A DNA stretch of 64,000 bases from an uncultured Acidobacteriota bacterium (GTDB lineage Bacteria; Acidobacteriota; Vicinamibacteria; Fen-336), in assembly GCA_963732935.1 (NCBI GenBank), contig CAVTBK010000004.1:258327-322326 (forward strand). Reading direction: 5' to 3'. The translations under genes and the position numbers were made by a program. Below the pieces are notes generated by a model. That model had not been told where the DNA came from, searched no databases, and saw only the letters and a list, made by a program, of their open reading frames with translations. Below, one piece after another: positions 61,465 through 64,000 of the stretch; the stretch's first letter is position 1, and the number at the start of each line of letters is the position of its first letter.

Positions 61465-64000
61465 GGCGGGTGCGGGCGGCAGCGCTGGCCGCGCCCTGCT
61501 GGCGGGGTTCGCGCTGCTGGCGACCCTGGCGGGGCAGGCGATGGGGGACCAGACAGAGCCGCGAGGGCGCGTCGAGCCGCCGCGGTCGCCTGGACAGCCG
61601 TACGTCTACAGGGCCACGGTCGTGCTCTCCGACACGCTGCAGTCCTACCTGAACGAGGCCGCGCGAGACATCGACTTCCTGCCCGACGAGCGCGTCGCCG
61701 GGGAGCTGATCGCGCGGCTTTCGGAGCTGAGCGCCCGGATCAAACAGGGGGACGACCCCGCGCGCGCCGTTTCCAGCCTGCTCGCCGCCGGCTTCCACGG
61801 TGCCCGCCTCCGCCCGCAGGCGGAAGACGCCGTCGTCCGCACCTCGGCCCTGCAGGTCCTGCAGGGGCGGGTCATGGCGAAGAAGCCGGTCCTCGACGCC
61901 CGGAAATTCGCACCGGAGCTGGCGGCGCTGCTCCAGGACTTCCGCCAGGTCACCACCGCCGAGTTCCTGGTTCCCGACCTCAAGGTGGATCCAGGGAAGG
62001 AGGCGGCCACCGCCGAGGTGCGCTACGACTTCGTCGGTCCGGGCCGCGCTGCCTACCGCGTCCAGCGCGTCGGCCTGTGGCAGATGCGCTGGCAGAAGAG
62101 ACCCTCCGGCTGGCAAGTCGTCGAATGGACGCCGCTGCGCGACACCCGCAGCAGCGCCTCGGTACCCATCTTCACCGAGGTGACGATGGCCGCCTTCGGC
62201 GCCATCGACTCGTTCCGCCGGCAGCTCAGCGTGACGCTCGACGAGTGGGGGAAGACGCTCGACTCGGCGCTCGCCCGCGATTCGAACGGCCACCACGCCA
62301 TCGCCGTCGGCGACGTCGACGGGGACGGGTTGGAGGACGTGTACATCTGCCAGCCCCACGCTTTTCCGAACCGCCTCTACCGGGCCCGCGGTGACGGCAC
62401 CTTCGAGGACATCTCGGAGGGTTCCGGGGTCGACACCCTGGAGGACACGCAGCATGCGCTCTTCGCCGACCTCGACAACGACGGCGACCAGGACCTCATC
62501 CTGCTGCCCAGCAGCGGCCCGATCCTCTTCCGCAACGACGGGACCGGCCACTTCACTCGGGACCCGGATGGCTTCCGCTTCGCGAACCACCTGCAGGGTG
62601 CGGCCATGGGGTTGGCGCTCGGCGACTACGACCGCGACGGGTTTCTCGACCTGTACCTGTGCGTCTACTCCTACACCTACGGCGCCGCCGACAAGAAGGC
62701 GGGCACGCCCACGCCGTATCACGACGCGGTCAACGGGCCGCCGAACATCTTCTTCCGCAACGACGGCCACGGGCGGTTCGTCGAGGTGACCGACGAGGTG
62801 GGACTGAACGCGGGCAACGACCGCTTCAGCTTCTCGGCGGCGTGGGGCGACTACGACGGGGACGGCTGGCCCGACCTGGTCGTCACCAACGACTTCGGGC
62901 GCAAGAACCTGTACCACAACCTGGGCCTGCGGGACGGGAAGGTGCGCTTCGAGGACGTCTCGGCCCAGGCCGGCATCGAGGACTACGCCGCCGGCATGAG
63001 CGTCTTCTGGTTCGACTTCGACGGCGACGGCCGGCAGGACATCTACGGCGGGCAGATGTGGAGTGCCGACGGCTTGCGGTTGACGGCCAGCCCGGACTTC
63101 ATGCCCGAGGCGCCGCAGAGCGTGCGTGCGCTCTACCATCACCACGCGCGGGGGAACTCCCTCTTCCGCAACCGCGGCGACGGCACGTTCGAGGACGTCT
63201 CCGTGCCGGCGCGCGCCGAGATGGGCCGCTGGACGTGGTCCTCGGGGGCCCTCGACTTCGACAGCGACGGCTGGGAGGACATCTACTGCGTGAACGGCAT
63301 GGTCACCCGCGAAGGGAGCGACCTCGACCTCGACGAGCTGTTCTGGGGCGGCGTCGTCGCACGCTCGCCGCTCACCCAGGCGGCCGGCACCCCGTACGAC
63401 GACGGCTGGCGCGGGCTCAACTGGCTGATGGCCGACCGCTCGATCGCCGGGCGCCACCGCGACGTGTTCCTGCGCAACGACGGCCGGGGCGGGCTCGACG
63501 ACATCTCCGGCGCGCTCGGCCTCGATCGCGAGGTGGACGGGCGGGCCTTCTCCGTCCTCGATTTCGACCAGGACGGCGACCCGGACATTCTCTACTTCTC
63601 CCCCCGCTCGGCCCCCCAGTTGCGGCTCTTCCGGAACGACTACGGACCTCGCGGAGCGACGCTCTCCGTGCGCCTGCTGGGCACCCCCGACCGGCCGTTC
63701 GAGTCCGCGGCGGGGCGTCTGGTGAGCAGCCGCGACGCGATCGGCGCGCGCGTCACCGTGGAGACCGACGTGCTGCGGCGGACCAAGGTGGTGAACGCCA
63801 ACTCGGGCTTCCTCTCGCAGCACTCCAGGGAGCTGCTGTTCGGGCTGGGCGCGAGCAGGCAGGTGAAGCGGCTGACGGTCGAGTGGCCGAGCGGCCTGCG
63901 GCAGGAGTTCACGGGGCTGCCGCTGGCGCAGCGGGTCCGGATCGAGGAAGGCGGAGCGCCGGTCGTCGAGCCGTACGCCTCCGCGCCGCCGCTCGCGGCG
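61451..64000 (+). CDS. Second CRTAC1-family protein (FG-GAP/VCBS + ASPIC/UnbV), 3-prime end beyond the window
   Basis: ATG 61451 overlapping the previous stop by 14 nt. Signal peptide …GRALLAGFALLATLAGQAMG. Repeats VGDVDGDGLEDVYICQ, DLDNDGDQDLILL, DYDRDGFLDLYLCVYS, DYDGDGWPDLVVTNDFG, DFDGDGRQDIYGG, DFDSDGWEDIYCVNG, DFDQDGDPDILYF. Near the end …IGARVTVETDVLRRTKVVNANSGFLSQHSRELLFGLG…. Confidence 0.8.
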   Translation, partial: MSSSRAGAGGSAGRALLAGFALLATLAGQAMGDQTEPRGRVEPPRSPGQPYVYRATVVLSDTLQSYLNEAARDIDFLPDERVAGELIARLSELSARIKQGDDPARAVSSLLAAGFHGARLRPQAEDAVVRTSALQVLQGRVMAKKPVLDARKFAPELAALLQDFRQVTTAEFLVPDLKVDPGKEAATAEVRYDFVGPGRAAYRVQRVGLWQMRWQKRPSGWQVVEWTPLRDTRSSASVPIFTEVTMAAFGAIDSFRRQLSVTLDEWGKTLDSALARDSNGHHAIAVGDVDGDGLEDVYICQPHAFPNRLYRARGDGTFEDISEGSGVDTLEDTQHALFADLDNDGDQDLILLPSSGPILFRNDGTGHFTRDPDGFRFANHLQGAAMGLALGDYDRDGFLDLYLCVYSYTYGAADKKAGTPTPYHDAVNGPPNIFFRNDGHGRFVEVTDEVGLNAGNDRFSFSAAWGDYDGDGWPDLVVTNDFGRKNLYHNLGLRDGKVRFEDVSAQAGIEDYAAGMSVFWFDFDGDGRQDIYGGQMWSADGLRLTASPDFMPEAPQSVRALYHHHARGNSLFRNRGDGTFEDVSVPARAEMGRWTWSSGALDFDSDGWEDIYCVNGMVTREGSDLDLDELFWGGVVARSPLTQAAGTPYDDGWRGLNWLMADRSIAGRHRDVFLRNDGRGGLDDISGALGLDREVDGRAFSVLDFDQDGDPDILYFSPRSAPQLRLFRNDYGPRGATLSVRLLGTPDRPFESAAGRLVSSRDAIGARVTVETDVLRRTKVVNANSGFLSQHSRELLFGLGASRQVKRLTVEWPSGLRQEFTGLPLAQRVRIEEGGAPVVEPYASAPPLAA

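Noticed and set aside
1-64000. CRISPR arrays, rRNA or tRNA genes, prophage or integrase genes
   Set aside because: Scanning the intergenic regions by eye found no regularly spaced short repeats, no rRNA-like conserved blocks, no cloverleaf-sized conserved segments, and no integrase, recombinase or phage structural genes. A tRNAscan or Infernal run would be needed to exclude small RNAs formally

Overview
This is a ~70% GC bacterial chromosomal segment. Gene content (a CarboxypepD_reg-type TonB-dependent receptor, a CRTAC1/ASPIC-UnbV plus TPR cluster, a membrane-fused spermidine-synthase/TPR protein) fits an Acidobacteriota-like soil bacterium; that assignment is inference. I call about 48 protein-coding genes. 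No rRNA, tRNA, CRISPR array or transposase was recognised. Order along the window: secA (partial, minus strand); an AAA+ ATPase; a membrane coiled-coil protein; a NitT/TauT ABC transporter whose binding protein carries a C-terminal OmpA domain; pspA; an aldo-keto reductase; a membrane-fused spermidine-synthase/TPR protein; NUDIX; a CE4 deacetylase; a TPR protein; an amidohydrolase. Next comes a ~2.0 kb tandem duplication of secreted beta-helix (choice-of-anchor-Q-like) genes, divergent from an ECF sigma / ZAS anti-sigma pair. The anti-sigma reading frame appears, through three single-base frame breaks, to run into a PDZ-TPR-CHAT (caspase-like) protease ORF. This resembles the type III-E Craspase-Csx30-RpoE circuit but without CRISPR. 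The second half is a glucuronoxylan utilisation island: CE15 esterase, GH3, a TAT-signal Gfo/Idh/MocA dehydrogenase, a GntP-IlvD/EDD-FAH-KGSADH operon (Weimberg-type oxidative pentonate route), a GPH symporter, GH52, GH10, a GudD-like dehydratase, GH67, an SDR, a URO-D-like protein and a TonB-dependent receptor. It is followed by a TPR / CRTAC1-like cluster that runs off the window end. Many very long ORFs in the supplied track are GC-driven artefacts on non-coding frames. At least seven candidate single-nucleotide frameshifts sit at G/C homopolymers inside otherwise intact genes; these may be sequencing errors or real pseudogenisation. All functional calls rest on motif recognition by eye and should be confirmed by HMM/BLAST.
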